DNA from: the human T2T-CHM13v2.0 reference genome, Homo sapiens
Length of the DNA: 64,000 nucleotides
NCBI RefSeq assembly: GCF_009914755.1
Contig: NC_060929.1
Direction: 5' to 3' (one strand)
The notes under the pieces are model-generated. The model made no database searches. It saw nothing but the letters and a program-made list of their open reading frames with translations, and had not been told where the DNA came from. The translations under genes and the position numbers were made by a program. This document shows positions 30,031-44,819 of this stretch, in pieces. Every line of letters begins with the position of its first letter. Within the stretch, counting starts at the first letter, position 1.

Positions 30031-30449
30031 TGCTATATACACAGCCTGCATGGAGTTTTCTGCTTACCTTTTTCTTCCTATTTCAGACAGGGGAGGGGAA
30101 AATAATAATGGAACAGATGGAGATAGAAGACTTTAGGAAGGGGCTTCCGCAAAGGGTGTTCCTGTTTGTTAACTCATTAACAAATTCACTACTTGTAAAT
30201 TCAAATTGTGGAAATTCAGGGATAAGTATAAAATGATAAAGGGATCTTCATATCACAAATTCATCTAATACTTGTTATTCTTTCTGTTATAAAAAGCCTT
30301 GTCAGTATCAATCAAACACAGCGTTCTGCTTTCCCAATAGTCAGACTACCAGGCACAAATTATGCAGAAAGCATGAAAAAATAAAATTTATTACAGCAGA
30401 CTCTTGCAGTTATTGTTTTGGGCAATTAGAAAGCCTTCACATTACTGAT

Positions 30450-30850
30450 TTTTAATATCATGCTACCTGACCCTCCCTACCCTAGTAACCACATTCTTAG
30501 TCCCCACAACATAGTTAGGGAAGTGACCCAGTCCTGGCTTGTTATATTTTATTCCTCTGGACTCTGGGATTGGCCCAGTAAGGGACATGTTATTCAAAGC
30601 GATCAGAGAGACTTGCTATTGAGTTATTTAGGGAAGTAGAAAAAATATTCTTTCCTCTTGAATCACATACTAGAAGGGTATGAAGTTGGGGCTGCTATCA
30701 ATCATCTTCCCATCACGCTGAGGCCTGTCTTCAGTAAGAATGGATAAGGAAGCCAAGTAGACATAAAATTGATACCATCTTTTTGCCCAGAAAAACTGAC
30801 TTTCAAATATAACACTCACTTGTTTAAGCAAGTAATAGGTTCAACTATTG
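30450..30850 (+). mobile_element. Old MaLR LTR (MLT1J/K-like)
   Basis: gattggcccagtaagggacatgt...ttggggctgctatcaatcatcttcccatcacg...ttgtttaagc. Confidence 0.55.
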
Positions 30851-31179
30851 GTTTCAAATATTGAGTAGTGACTTATTTCTTGTGTGAATGGAACGAAGAA
30901 TATTGCTGAAAAAGTATTAGGAGGGACAATCTATCAAAAATATGACCTCTTCTGTCTCAGCTGTTGGTTGACAGTTCATGGTAATGGATCTATTGTTTTG
31001 TCTTGAGCATTGTCCTCTACTTTTGATTTATTTTAATTTACAAATGCTTCCATTGAGGAGGTAACACCTCAATTCCAAAATTTAAATGTAACCCAGTAAA
31101 TCAAATCATTTTCAGGCTGAAATAAAAGGAGAATATTGAGGTTGAGATAGAGAACATACAGTAGTAGACAGGAGATAGA

Positions 31180-31550
31180 CCTTGAAAGTGGACAGTCTTC
31201 CACATCTATTATCTATGTGCCCTTGAAAATATTCCTTAATGTTTCTAAATCTCAGTTTTCACCATCTGTATAAAGCAATAGTAAAATCTTCCTCACAAAG
31301 TTACTGTGAGGATGAATAACAAGACAAGAATGTCAAGTCTAACACACTGGAATATTAATTCTGACTTCCTCACCTATTAGATGGTATAGTCTCGGGGAAG
31401 TTTCTTTCTCTCTATGAGCCTTAGGCTCTTTATCAGTAAAAAGCATATTAATGTCTACTTCATAGATTTAAATTTAAAATAAGGTAAATTGTTTAAAATG
31501 CATAGTGATGGTTCTGGCGTATAATAAGTGCTCAATAAATGGTATTCTAT
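31180..31550 (+). mobile_element. Two adjacent MIR relics
   Basis: ccttaatgtttctaaatctcagttttcaccatctgtataaa; ctctatgagccttaggctctttatcagtaaaa...taataagtgctcaataaatggta. Confidence 0.7.
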
Positions 31551-31687
31551 TTTTTGTTAAGATATATAAATTACCAAGCACAGTGCTTCAAACACATTAA
31601 TGCCCAATACATTTATTTCCTTATCTTCCCCAACCTTCAACCACTGAATATTGAGAAGAAACAGACACTGCAAGAAAGAGAAGGTGT

Positions 31688-32423
<736 letters not shown>

Positions 32424-34077
32424 CAAAGGGCATCCATGGGATACCAAAGAGACCATCCCCTGTTTACAGAACTTCCAAATCTGCACCAGGGTAACTTTTG
32501 GTTCTCAAATGATAACCTTATTCATTAGGAAGTTTTCAACCTTTTAAAAAGTAGTATTTTAAAAATAAGGTACAGAAATTGTACTGAGATTCTGATATAG
32601 TGGGCTTGTGTGGGCTGGGCAACTTGAGCTCCAGTTCCTATGTGTCATTGAGAAATGAGATGACAACAGCAGAGACGCAGCCATCAGGAGATGCCTCAGT
32701 CACCTCTGCTTCATTCTGGCAAAAATGAAAGGCACATGGAAAATACAGTACCACTTAAAATCAGTCATAGACTTTCTAAATAAAGACTTTGATCATTAGA
32801 GCTGAAAATAGTCGTAATTTTAAAATGGGAAGAACAATAGCACTCAATTTTTGTCTTGCAGTTGCCGCATTTAAAAATCCAACAGTTATTTGGTTTTCAT
32901 TTTTATCCCTAATGACAGAGAAGGTAAAGAAGAAGAAAAGAAGAAAGGGAAAAAGGGGGAACAAAGAAAATCACTTCCAGAAAGTTAGTTATTGTTCAGA
33001 ACAAGGACATTGGAGTCCCTGTTAAGTTATACATATAACTTTTAGATTAACTGAGAAAAATAATCATGGATGATCCTCAGCTACATATATTCTTAGAATC
33101 ATTTGCATAATTCAAGGTGCCCAGAAGAACAGTTATAAAATATGTAAATAATGAGAACAGCTATTTTCCAGATAATAAACTGTTATTCCTCTAACATAAA
33201 GTTTGGCCCAAATATTAAAAAAATTAAGAGCACAGATAATATCTGTCAAGTTCCACATTGATCAAATAAGAATCACTTTTATTCATCTTCTAGGACTCAA
33301 ATGTTTGCTAAAAGTCCATCATAAAACAGGTAGACCCTTCTTCATGTTATACATATTAGATAAGGGGAAGAGCAAGTGAGGTCTGATGGAAAGTAGCCAG
33401 CTCTACAGATTATTAAGCAAAATGATTTCCAAAGGCCTGGGGATATGATGAAAATGGACACATTCCATGTAGCACATGGTATTTCTGGAGTTGTGTATGG
33501 ACTTTCCAAAGCACAACTGTGCTGTCCATGTAGCCTTGCTTAGATAGAATTGCCACTCCATATAGTGAGAGGAGCACTTTCAGGGTGGTACAGTTTTCAT
33601 ACGATTTTTCTAACCTGTGTTTCCAGTGAATGACTGGCATAAACAACAGGCCAGGTTGTGACTCTAGAATAGACAGAAGTCAAGTCAGTGAAATTACGAC
33701 TACAGATGGTCCTTATTTCCCTTCACCTAACCCCGTTCTCTTCAAAATGTTATTCAGCTACATATCAAAGATATTCACATGTTCATATGTAATGTAAAAC
33801 TTATGAATTTCTTCTACTGCACTGTTGATAGCCTGACCATTTCCATCAATATCCCTGTGCAGGCATAGAAGTCTGCTAAACTTCACAATTAAACATATTT
33901 TCAGTTAAATATTGAATGATACTAATGAGGTCTTAAAATTAATTTTATTCTCATGAAAAGCTGTTATAGTCTTTCCAACTGTTTCTGTTGTTGTTGTTTA
34001 TACAACAGTCTTATACTCAACATTATTCCTTTTTCTTTTGGCATACTGACTTTTTCATGGATTTCATTGTAGTGCTG

Positions 34078-34424
34078 TGTCTTCAGTTTATTTGGGCTGT
34101 TATAACAAGGTACCTTAGACTGGGCAACTTATAAAAAATAGAAATGTATTGCTTATAATTCTAGAAGCTGGGAAGTCCAGGATGCCAGCATATTTGGTAG
34201 CTGATGAGAACTCACTCTGCTCCTGAGATGGCATGATCTTGCTGCGTCCTCACACGGTTCAAGGAGTCAACGAGCTCCCTCAGGCCCCTTTTCATGACAT
34301 GTCTCATTCAGGACAGCTCCATTCTCATGACCTAATCATCCCCCAAAAGGCCCAACCTCTTAAAACTATCACATTGGGGATTAGGTTTCAATGTGAATTT
34401 TAGGGAGGACATAGGATCATAGCA
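34078..34424 (-). mobile_element. MaLR solo LTR (MSTC/MSTD)
   Basis: tgtcttcagtttatttgggctgttataacaa...ctgggaagtcca...catgacctaatcat...atcatagca. Confidence 0.85.
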
Positions 34425-35354
34425 CCCTTTTAGCAAGGGCCATTCTTACACTAAAGACTAAATAGACTGATTTTCATTCCCATTTCACCATTTGACTTTT
34501 CAGGGACTTCTATTATCACTGTCACTTCAGGTTCTGCGGTCTTGCTCCCTCTGAATTAACACGGTTTATAGAGCACCTCACCATGGCACAGTAGTCTTTT
34601 GCTGTCACACACATATACATGCACACATGTATACAAGTGCACCAAAGTTTAAGCAGTAGGCTCTGCTGAAAGTTTAGGAAAAATGTAGACTCCAAAACAA
34701 AAGTAACTTAAAACTGAATCTTAGATATCCCTGTTATTTAAAAAAATCCTTGAGTATTCTTCTATGTTATTTGAGTGTCCTCTCTCTTTTATCACTCATA
34801 TTTTTTTTTTCTTTTCTTCTCTGTGTTATTTTCATTCCCAACTTCCTGTTTATTTCTAACATACCAGCATTTAGGTCTCTGTTAATACCTGGTCTTCTAC
34901 TGACCCATCTTTTGCCCCAAGCACTTTATTTAGGTAGCCAAAAAACAAACAGACAAAAGAAATCTGGTTTCTTCTTTAAGAGAACTTGTGGTTTTAGCTG
35001 TTATTATATGTTTTTACTCTACCTTATACTCATGAATCAATCATATAAAGTAAATAAACAGCTTAAAGCATGAGTTGTGTGAATAGTTATGCAAATTAGC
35101 TTCACCTCTATGTATATTATATGTGAACACCTGTTTTTATGTGCAGAAATAGCCATGCGCAGCACATTCATTTACAAAAATGCTCATTAATGTCCCTAGA
35201 ATGTTTAGCTTCATGAAGTATTGCTGGGCCACATGGTGCGTTTACCACCATTTCCAATTCCTTATTTTCCTTCCTGGGAACATCTGAAATAGAGGAAAAA
35301 TAATAACTAGAGTTATTTGCAGAAGTTTTCGAAACAGAACCACAATAAATGCAA

Positions 35355-35895
<541 letters not shown>

Positions 35896-36955
35896 TTTAT
35901 TAAGATATCAATCATTACATGGGTCAACTATCTAGAGGCCAAGAAAACTCCTCTGAGCCTTCACTCTTCAAACGCAGTTTATGTTACCTGAGGTATTGAT
36001 GCTTTAGTCCTTCCCAAATGGACACGGAAAACTGGATGGTAACTTGCTTCTTTCCATTATATGTCAGCTTCGCACACTAGATCTCATACCCCATGTGACC
36101 AGCGTTGATCTCTCTTTCACAGTCACTACAGAAATAGGGGTAAAGGAGATGCACCTCCCTAAGTTGCTACCAGAGGATATCTAGTTGCTAAACAATAGGC
36201 AATAAATAATGTTATTTCCCTTCTCATCACTATTACTGATCCAATTTTTATTCAGAATCCACAAATTATCACCTTAACAAGATTTCTAGCCCAAAAGCTT
36301 CACTTCCCATTATCATTGCCTAAGCACTAGGAGCAGTGGCTCTCCTTATACACCTACTGAGCAAAGGACAATGACATTTGTCTGTGATTTTCTTATGTCT
36401 CCCCTCCTGGGTACTCTCTCTCTGTGAGGGAATATCACGTGATCTCCCTCATGGCCATCCTGGGACTCACATAAATTAAGGATTCAGTCTTGTGAATTCA
36501 ACATTTGTATAGAAATATACATTCTTTCCATTGTCCCCACATTGCTCCTTCTCTATCCATGGGCCAGTGATTTGCATCCAGTATACACTTATTAACTATT
36601 GGTAGGGTTAACTATTTGCAGGGTCAATAGGACATCAGGAAATCTGAGCATGGGGTAGGGGTTTTTTTATATGTATCTCTTATGAATAAAAACTATCAGC
36701 AGCATATCTTTTAGTATCATATCAGGGCATTAACCAGCCTACACAAGGATACATAATTCTAACATACATTTTTCCCTATTTAATTTTTTCTACTTTATAA
36801 AATTATTTTATATCCTTTTTAATTTTTGTCAAACTTTTTATACCAATAGTAACATTTTTATATCATTATAATTATATCTGTACTAATTATGTGATGGATC
36901 AATTTGAGATGATAATCAGGATCCATATTTAATTAAAATATTGGATATATATATA

Positions 36956-37687
36956 CAGATGCTCCTAAACTTATGATGGGGTTACATCCTGATAAACCTA
37001 TCATTAAGTTGAAATTATCTAACTTGAAATAGCTAGTAGCTAAATAATAGGTAATAAATAATGTTATTTCCCTTCTCATCACTATTACTGATCCGATTTT
37101 AATTAGAATCCACAAATTGTCACTTTACCAAAATTTCTAACCTGAGAGCTTCACTTGCCGTTGTCATCTCTTAAGCACTCAGGGCAGTGGCTTTCCTTAT
37201 ACACCTGCTGAGCAAAGGCTGGTGACATTTGTCTGTGATTTTCTTATGTCTTTCTATATAGAATTTCTATGGAGACTCCTAGAAAATCCCACGTACTTGT
37301 GATTTCACCTGTAAAAAGGAGAAATGAGAGACACCATTCAATTAGTTTGGTACATTCAAACTAATTGTAACACACCTAACCTACCAAACATCATAGCTTA
37401 GCCTGGCATATTTTCAACATGCTCAGAACACTTACATTAGCCTATGGTTGGGCAAAATCATCTGTCAACACAGTACACTGTAGGGTGTCGTTTGTCTACC
37501 CTCTTGATCACGTGGCTGATTGGGAGCTGTGGCTCAGTGAGAGAGTATCCTACCGCATATCGCTAGCCTGGGAAAAGATCAAAATTCAAAATTTGAAATA
37601 TGGTTTCTACTGAATGCATATCACCTTTGCATCATCACAGAGTTGAAAATTCATAAGTTGTACTATCATAAGTCAGTGACCATCTGT
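36956..37687 (+). mobile_element. MER47B-like (TcMar-Tigger) MITE with ~335-bp internal insertion
   Basis: ta|cagatgctcctaaacttatgatggggttac ... cataagtcagtgaccatctg TIRs; internal acacctaacctaccaaacatcatagcttagcc and gggaaaagatcaaaattcaaaattt. Confidence 0.88.
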
Positions 37688-37760
37688 GTATATAAAATCA
37701 CATATAAAAAAAAGGAAGGAAAAAAATATATGTATGTATATGTGTGTATGTGTGTATGAA

Positions 37761-38142
37761 TGATACAGTTTGGATTTGTGCCCCAGCCCAAGTCTCATGT
37801 TGAATTGTAATCCCCAATGTTGTAGGTGGGGCCTGGTGGGAGGTGATTGGATCATAGGGATGGATTTCCCCCTTTGGTGTCATTCTCGTGATAAAGTTCT
37901 CATGAGATCAGATTGTTTAAAAGCATGTGGCACCTCCAACCTCTCTCTCTTCTTCCTGCTTTGGCCATGTTAAGACGTGCTATTTCCCCTTCACCTTCTA
38001 CCATGATTGTAAGTTTCCTGAGGCTTCCCCAGCCATACCTCCTGTACAGCCTGTGCAACTGTGAGCCAATTAAACCTCCTTTCTTTATAAATTATCCAGT
38101 CTCAGGTAGTTCTTTACAGCAGTGCCAGAACAGACTAATACA
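37761..38142 (+). mobile_element. MaLR solo LTR (MSTA/MSTB)
   Basis: tgatacagtttggat...gggcctggtgggaggtgattggatcat...gtgagccaattaaacctc...gactaataca; TSD atgaa/atgta. Confidence 0.9.
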
Positions 38143-38200
38143 ATGTATGTATAGGTATATATATACATACACACACACACACACACACACACATATATGT
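38143..38200. repeat. (TA)/(CA)n microsatellite
   Basis: atatatacatacacacacacacacacacacacacatat. Confidence 0.9.
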
Positions 38201-38705
38201 ACAGTATGCTTACTGGATGAGGTTGTTCAAGAAATAAAGATAGTAAAGACATTCAACTGTGTATGCAAAGCAATGAGGTTTGTTTTTGCTAATCAATGAA
38301 AAAAGAGAGCAAATTTGTCCCAAAATAGTGTCAAGTTAATCAGATAGCTATGCTACAACCATTTATCATCAGGCACCCATCCTTCTGTTGCAACCATGTA
38401 ACCAAATATCCTCTCACAATCATTTTTGATTTTGCCTTCCCAAGACCAGTTTCTAAATTTAGAAAAATAAAATTTTAAAATATCCTTTGAAACTAAAATT
38501 ATCTTTCAGATTTCCTAGTAGACTCCTAGAAAATCACATGGATTTGTTATTTTACCTGTAAAAAGGAGAAATGAGAGAAGCTATTCAATGTTTGGTACAT
38601 TCAATATTTTTAAATTAGTTAACACTATTGTAAGAGCTATATGGGGAGATTTGTAAATCAAAGAGAAGATTGGCCTTCCCTGTGTTGATTTTTTAGAGAT
38701 AAAAT

Positions 38706-38787
38706 CACCAGCATGGCACATGTATACATATGTAACTAACCTGCACGTTGTGCACAGGTACCCTAAAACTTAAAGTATATATAAAAA
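38706..38787 (+). mobile_element. Extremely 5'-truncated young LINE-1 (L1PA2/3-like, 82 bp)
   Basis: caccagcatggcacatgtatacatatgtaactaacctgcac...aaaacttaaagtat; perfect 11-bp TSD agagataaaat at 38695 and 38788. Confidence 0.92.
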
Positions 38788-38989
38788 AGAGATAAAATGT
38801 TACTAATATCAATGTCCCAAAGACTGTACACTTTAAGGAATAAATTGGGGGGCCTTGGTGTCTGTCTATATCCTATCTGTGATGAGATGTTCTTATCCTC
38901 AGGGGAAACACTGATCAGGCCCTGATGGGATAGCTGTGCACTGCACCCCAATTGAGCACTTTACTTTCTTCAATTTTGTTACTGATTAC

Positions 38990-40720
38990 TGTAACAAATT
39001 CATGACAGCCCTTCAGTTTCATCAACAGACGGTTTCTGAGTTATCTGATGCTTGCCTGAAGTCTCTGCTATACACTTCAAGTTACAGTCTGTTTCTTCAA
39101 TAAAGTGGGATGGTCTCAGAACCTTGCGAAAAGGACCATAACTGATATTCCTAACTATTGATATTTCAACAAAAAATATGTGGGTGCAAGCTTCAGTGCT
39201 TAAAGCTGAAATAATTTAGACAGCTTTCTGACCATAGCAAACTGAGTCTTTTCAGTCCAATGAAATGATTTTATTAAAAGAGATTGCTGACTGAAACTCT
39301 AGCAGAAATAATAATTACTTAAGGAAAAGTGAATGAACTGATAAAGAAAAATTACCTGTGATTTTTTTTTAAATATCATGGATATTGTTTTAATGCTCTT
39401 TTTTCTGATTGGTATATAAGGGGGCTTTTCTCTTTATTTATTGTGAATCCTCAATTTAGTAGACTGTGCCTTTGTAACTAAAGCAAAACTTTAATTGGTA
39501 TCTGATTCTCATTGATTCCTCAGAATTCTGAAAAAATACTTTTACTGGGCCTCATTACTTTTCATGGTAATAAATTTATTTGCATAGGTTCAATAAAAAT
39601 CTGTTCTCTTACTTAACAAGATATAAATAGACAAATCTGAGATAGGAGGCCAGACTTGACTCAGGAGACAGGACTTGACTCTGGAGGCAGAGCTCAGACA
39701 CTGGACCAAATTCAGGACTAGCTAAAACAGGGAGAGGTAGAAGCAGCTTTCCACCAACAACACCCACCAGTGTGCCATGCCAGTTTACCATTGCCATGGC
39801 AACACCAGGGAGTTACTGCCTCTTTCCATGGCAATGACTTGATGACTCAAAAGTTACTCCCCCTTCCCTAGAAATTTCTGCACAAGCTGCTCCTTAATCT
39901 ACATATAATTAAAAGTAGGAATAAATATGACTGCAAAACTGCCCTGAGCTGCTGCTCTCTGCCTGTGGGGTAGCCTTGCTCTGCAGGAGCACTCATGGAG
40001 CTGTAACACTGCTACTTCAATAAAGCTATTTTTTTTTCTGCCTCTGGCTTGCCCTTGAATTCTTTCTTGGGCAAAGCTAAGAAGTGTTATGGGCTAAGCC
40101 CCACTTTGGGGCTCACTTGTCCTGCATCAAATTGATTTTGCAACAAACTCCATGGTTGGTGTGTCAGTCGTATAAAGAGTAATGCTCATTTAATCAGCTA
40201 TGACAAGCCTACCACTAAGGTACAAGGATTGATTTGATATATGAAGTTAATGCATGCAAAATCCTCCCAGGAAAGCCAGGTTGGTCTCTGTCTTTCTTAC
40301 AGGGTTCCAGCTTCACAGCTAATTAAAAAAAAAAAAATCACTCCCTAGCAGACCAGGGACCTTAGTTTACTTTAAGTAGATTGAAGGGAGAGAAATTCAC
40401 TTACATTTATGAATAAAGCAGGTGAGGAAGTTTCTTGGGCTATGGTTCCTATCCCTAGGTAGAAGAATAAATAATTGGAAGCATTTATAAGTCAAATCTA
40501 AGAGTTTTTATAAAAATTTCCAGGCAGAAGCTAATCACTGGTTCAGTGTTGCTCAATGCCAAATAGCTCTAGATTTACTGAGCAAACTCAAGGAGGCTAA
40601 CAAAAGTAATTAACTCCTCTTGTTCTACATATGTAAGTAATCAGGCCAAAATATGAGACTAGCCTTATTTAGTTAATCAAGAATATTTTTGCAGATTATT
40701 TGCAACCAAAACGGGAGACT
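38990..40720 (+). mobile_element. Decayed ERV1 (MER4-group) internal sequence, interrupted by MER66
   Basis: Motifs such as tttgcataggttcaataaaaatctgttctc, gggttccagcttcacag, aagtaatcaggccaaa...gagactagccttattt recall MER4-group internal regions. Confidence 0.45.
39638..40129 (+). mobile_element. MER66-like ERV1 solo LTR
   Basis: tgagataggagg...ggaccaaattcaggactagctaaaacagg...ttgccatggcaac...gggctaagccccactttggggctc...tgcatca; 4-bp TSD aatc/aatt. Confidence 0.85.
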
Positions 40721-41004
40721 TAAAAAAATAGTATCTAAAATCTAAAAATAAGTAAAAAGTTGGGGAAGGCATGTCCTTTCAATATCACTTGGGTGCTGTT
40801 TAACAAGACTACTGGATGATTTATTTAATTCTCTAGGAGGGTGTATATGTTTAATTTGTTATTCACCATTTAGTTTTCATCCAGACATATGTTAATTTGT
40901 GTACTTCTATTCAGTTGAAAAGATAACCTCAAATTTTGTGCTGTCATTGCCCTACAGGACATTAAGTAGTTTTTAAAATTTAACCCAGAAATCTTATTCT
41001 AACC

Positions 41005-41080
41005 TGCCTTTCCTCCCTCCCTCCTTCCTTTCCTTCCTCACTCTCTCCCTTCTTCCTTCTTTTTTTTTTTTTTGTTTTTA
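41005..41080. repeat. CT-rich low-complexity tract with poly(T)
   Basis: cctttcctccctccctccttcctttccttcc...ttttttttttttt. Confidence 0.85.
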
Positions 41081-41094
41081 TTTAATGCTTGTAA

Positions 41095-41450
<356 letters not shown>

Positions 41451-44149
41451 ACTAGTTTCCTCTTTATTAACTTAAACATTTAAAAATATGCAACATTTAT
41501 ATCTATATGAATTAATTATTTGAGCTTCTGTAAATTATACTTTGATACCATTAGATCACACCATATAAGAATCTGTTTATTTTGGCTATGAGCACAGCCT
41601 CTTCTGCATTTCTTCTGTAGATAAAAATATAAGCTTTTACTTATGTGTGTATAATAACATTGCTCTCCTGCTTCTAAAAAGGAATTGAAGTAGCTTACAT
41701 TTAAAGTAACAGTGTGGCACGTTTGAACCCATGTGGAATCCTCTGCTGGATTTGAAAAATGTCTGAGCAAGTTTGACAAATGAGTGGGAGATACTCATCA
41801 GAATACCATTTTCCTGATGATCTGTGAAGTGTTTTGGCACCTAGTGCATTCTAGAGAACAGAATGCCCATTTGGTGTTATCATTTTGGAATATCAGTTTT
41901 TTTCAATGGTGGCATCTGCAGTGGTACCCAACAGAGTGTGTGGTACCCAGTAGGAGCTGGTGATACCCAGAAGGAGAGAGTAGCATCTGCTAGAGTGGCA
42001 GTGGTGCCTAAAACAGTGATGATACCCAACACAGCAGAACAGCCTTTGGAGGAGACAGCTGCTGTATTGGCAAATGGAAGCAGTTCAGAAAGGAATTAAG
42101 CAAATGTAGTCCAAGTGCATTGCTTATTAGAACTTGCTAGAAAAAAAAAAGAATTTGACATCAATATTACTTTAATGATGTCTCTTGAATATTATTAATC
42201 TGAAATCCATTTTTGATAGGAACTCCCTGGAGAATGACTGAAAGGCAGCTTTTTTGAGTTTTATTGTTCATTGTAAAGACATTTGCATGCTCTCAATAGA
42301 GAGGTAGTAATGTTGTTATTCTGTTAAGGAAATTAAGGAGTCTTAATGTTTTCACCTAAACAGAGCACAAACCTCTTCCCACGGAAGGTGAGTCATAGTG
42401 TACCCAGAGGCAGAACCAACAAAGCCTTCAGAAAAGAGACTCAAATCTGATCCAAAGTGCAAACGAGTGAAGCTGGGAACAGTCTACTATCAGCGGTTTA
42501 GAAATCACTTGATAATTAAGATGTGTACAATAGATATTTTATTCTCTTCTTTCTTTTCTCATTTTAGCAGATTGGTGATAATAAAGAAGTTCACCGGCCT
42601 ATTCAATTAATCTAAAAGACAGTCTGTATTACCTGAAAGAAAATTAGATAAGTGTAGCAATTAGTAGAAAATGTGTTATTAATACTATTCTGGGAATGCA
42701 ATGGATTTAAAGCATTGTCAATGACAGTGAGAATACATATAGCTACTGTGGTAAGTGCAGGGTGTTTGTTAAATGAAAGTTACTAAATAACATCCAGCAT
42801 TGAGTCAATTGGTTACGGTTCTAAGAATCCCTGTTGTTTTTCTCTTATAACAATTGTGAGACTATTGAGAGCAAAATGGAAACTGAGTTAAGTAATAATA
42901 ACTGAATGAGAATCCAGTGTTGTAAGCATCCTTTGATTGAAAGGAGGCACTATCGATTTCATTGCTTTTAAAACCCAAATTCTGCTTCTGAGAAAAATCT
43001 GACTTTTGAATTACCTCACGTTACTAAGGCATGTAGTCAGTAATGGAGCTAAACTATGTTGGATTTTGGGGACTAGAGCTGTGATCTAACTAATGATGCA
43101 GGGAAAATAGCAAGCTAAAATTTATTTTTCTTGCTAAACATGTTGCTGTTTAAGAAGGCCATGCCCTTCATGACTAAGAAAAGATTTTGTTAGAAGTGAG
43201 AAAAAAGAAAAGGATGATCTTGGAAGAAACTGTCAATTTGCTGTTCACTTCGATAGTAACTGGAGCATTTTATTGTGACTTAAACTCGATGTCATGAAAG
43301 GGAGATTAGCGAGAAATTTCTGAAAAATATTTTAACACACCCATATCTTAAAACATTCTTTTGGGCTTGTGTAGTATTCAAAGTATTTGCATAAAATGGA
43401 AATGCAGGTTTTGTAGAGTTCATTAATCGTAGTATAATTAATGAGGGTGTTAGGGGTCTTGAGAGAGCTGGTCCATTTCTTCTACAGAAAGATAAGCAAA
43501 CTGTAAAGAAAAGATGTACTTGACCTGCAGGGATGCAGTTACGGAGCAGGAGGGGAGCCTAGGTCTCTGGATTTGTGGATGATGTTCTTTCATAGACTGC
43601 AGTGCAGTACCAGAGGAAGCTGTATTGGAACCTTGAAACAGTCCAGGGCAACATTTCTCTTTCTCCTCTCTAATCACCCAGGATATATTGAATCTTTCTT
43701 GTTTTGATCAGTTTTGTGTGGTAGATTTGATGATTCCTGTGTCTATACAGGTTCTTGCTACTACAAGGGACAAGATTCGGCTGTCAGTTGGAGAAATGTC
43801 TTTGACTTTTTCTAACTGTTAATTTCTTTCATCCTTTCCCTCTAAGTCTAACAAAATGTATTCAATGTTTACTACATATTTTAATTCAAACTTTCATTAA
43901 AGTACTAAATGATAAAGGGAAAATCATTTTATCATGAGTTCCAGGTCAAATCAGTCAGTGTTCTCTGGATGTAAATTCAGACTGATCTCAGCAGCAGATG
44001 ATCTAAGTAAGAAAAAATACTTTCATATCGATTAGTGCTACCTATTCTAATAATTCAGAAAGGAGTGTGAAAGGTAGTCAGCAGTAGATAGGGAAAGGTT
44101 TATGAGAGCCTTAATTGCTACTTAAAGGAGACCAAGATCAATAGAATTC

Positions 44150-44700
44150 AGATTCAGAGGTGGGCTTCTGTGTGTTATTTGGCTGTAAAACTCTGATGTG
44201 CCTGAAAGGTAAGGTGTATATAAGGCATGTCAAGGGGGGTGTCAAAGACTGTGGCCACATTAGAGATGGCCTGGCTTGCTGGGCTCTGGAGTTTGGGCAC
44301 TGTGGAAGCCATCAATTATTTGAGTCAAATGCATGTCAGAATTGAAGCTGTTTTTCATGAATATTAAGCCAGCAGCAATTTACAGGAGGGATTCCAAGAG
44401 GTAAGAGAGGAAGCATAAACAGCATCTAGGAGGCTCCTTCAAAAGGCTGCATTAGAAACAGCGAGAGCTTGAGCTAGGGCTTTGACTGAAAACCTGGAAA
44501 AGATAGGATAGATACAAATGTCCCTGTCGAAGCAGAATCAATTGTACTTAGTGCCCAGTAAGAAGGCTGGATAGTGGAAAAGGTATTTCAAAGAAACACT
44601 AACATTTATTTGAAGCCTGAAGTGTTATGGTGTTAACTTTAACACAAAGGATAGGGGTCAGGGATAAAACTTGTTGAATTTTGTTTGTTAAATTCATTCC
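44150..44700 (-). mobile_element. L2 LINE relic
   Basis: ggcactgtggaagccatc...aggaggct...gcttgagctagggc...gcagaatcaattgtacttagtg resembles reverse-strand L2. Confidence 0.55.
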
Positions 44701-44819
44701 TTCCCAATCAAGATTTGATAATTTCAGAACTGCAGAATATTCAGGTACAAAATGACTTTAAGAGGCAGCTGTTCCCATAAAACCATACTTGACAGTGCTT
44801 CTATTTTTCTTCATATGTA

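Noticed and set aside
34750-35073. Hydrophobic ORFs as membrane micropeptides (also 53885-54169, 58329-58643)
   Set aside because: Artefacts of T-rich, low-complexity or antisense repeat sequence
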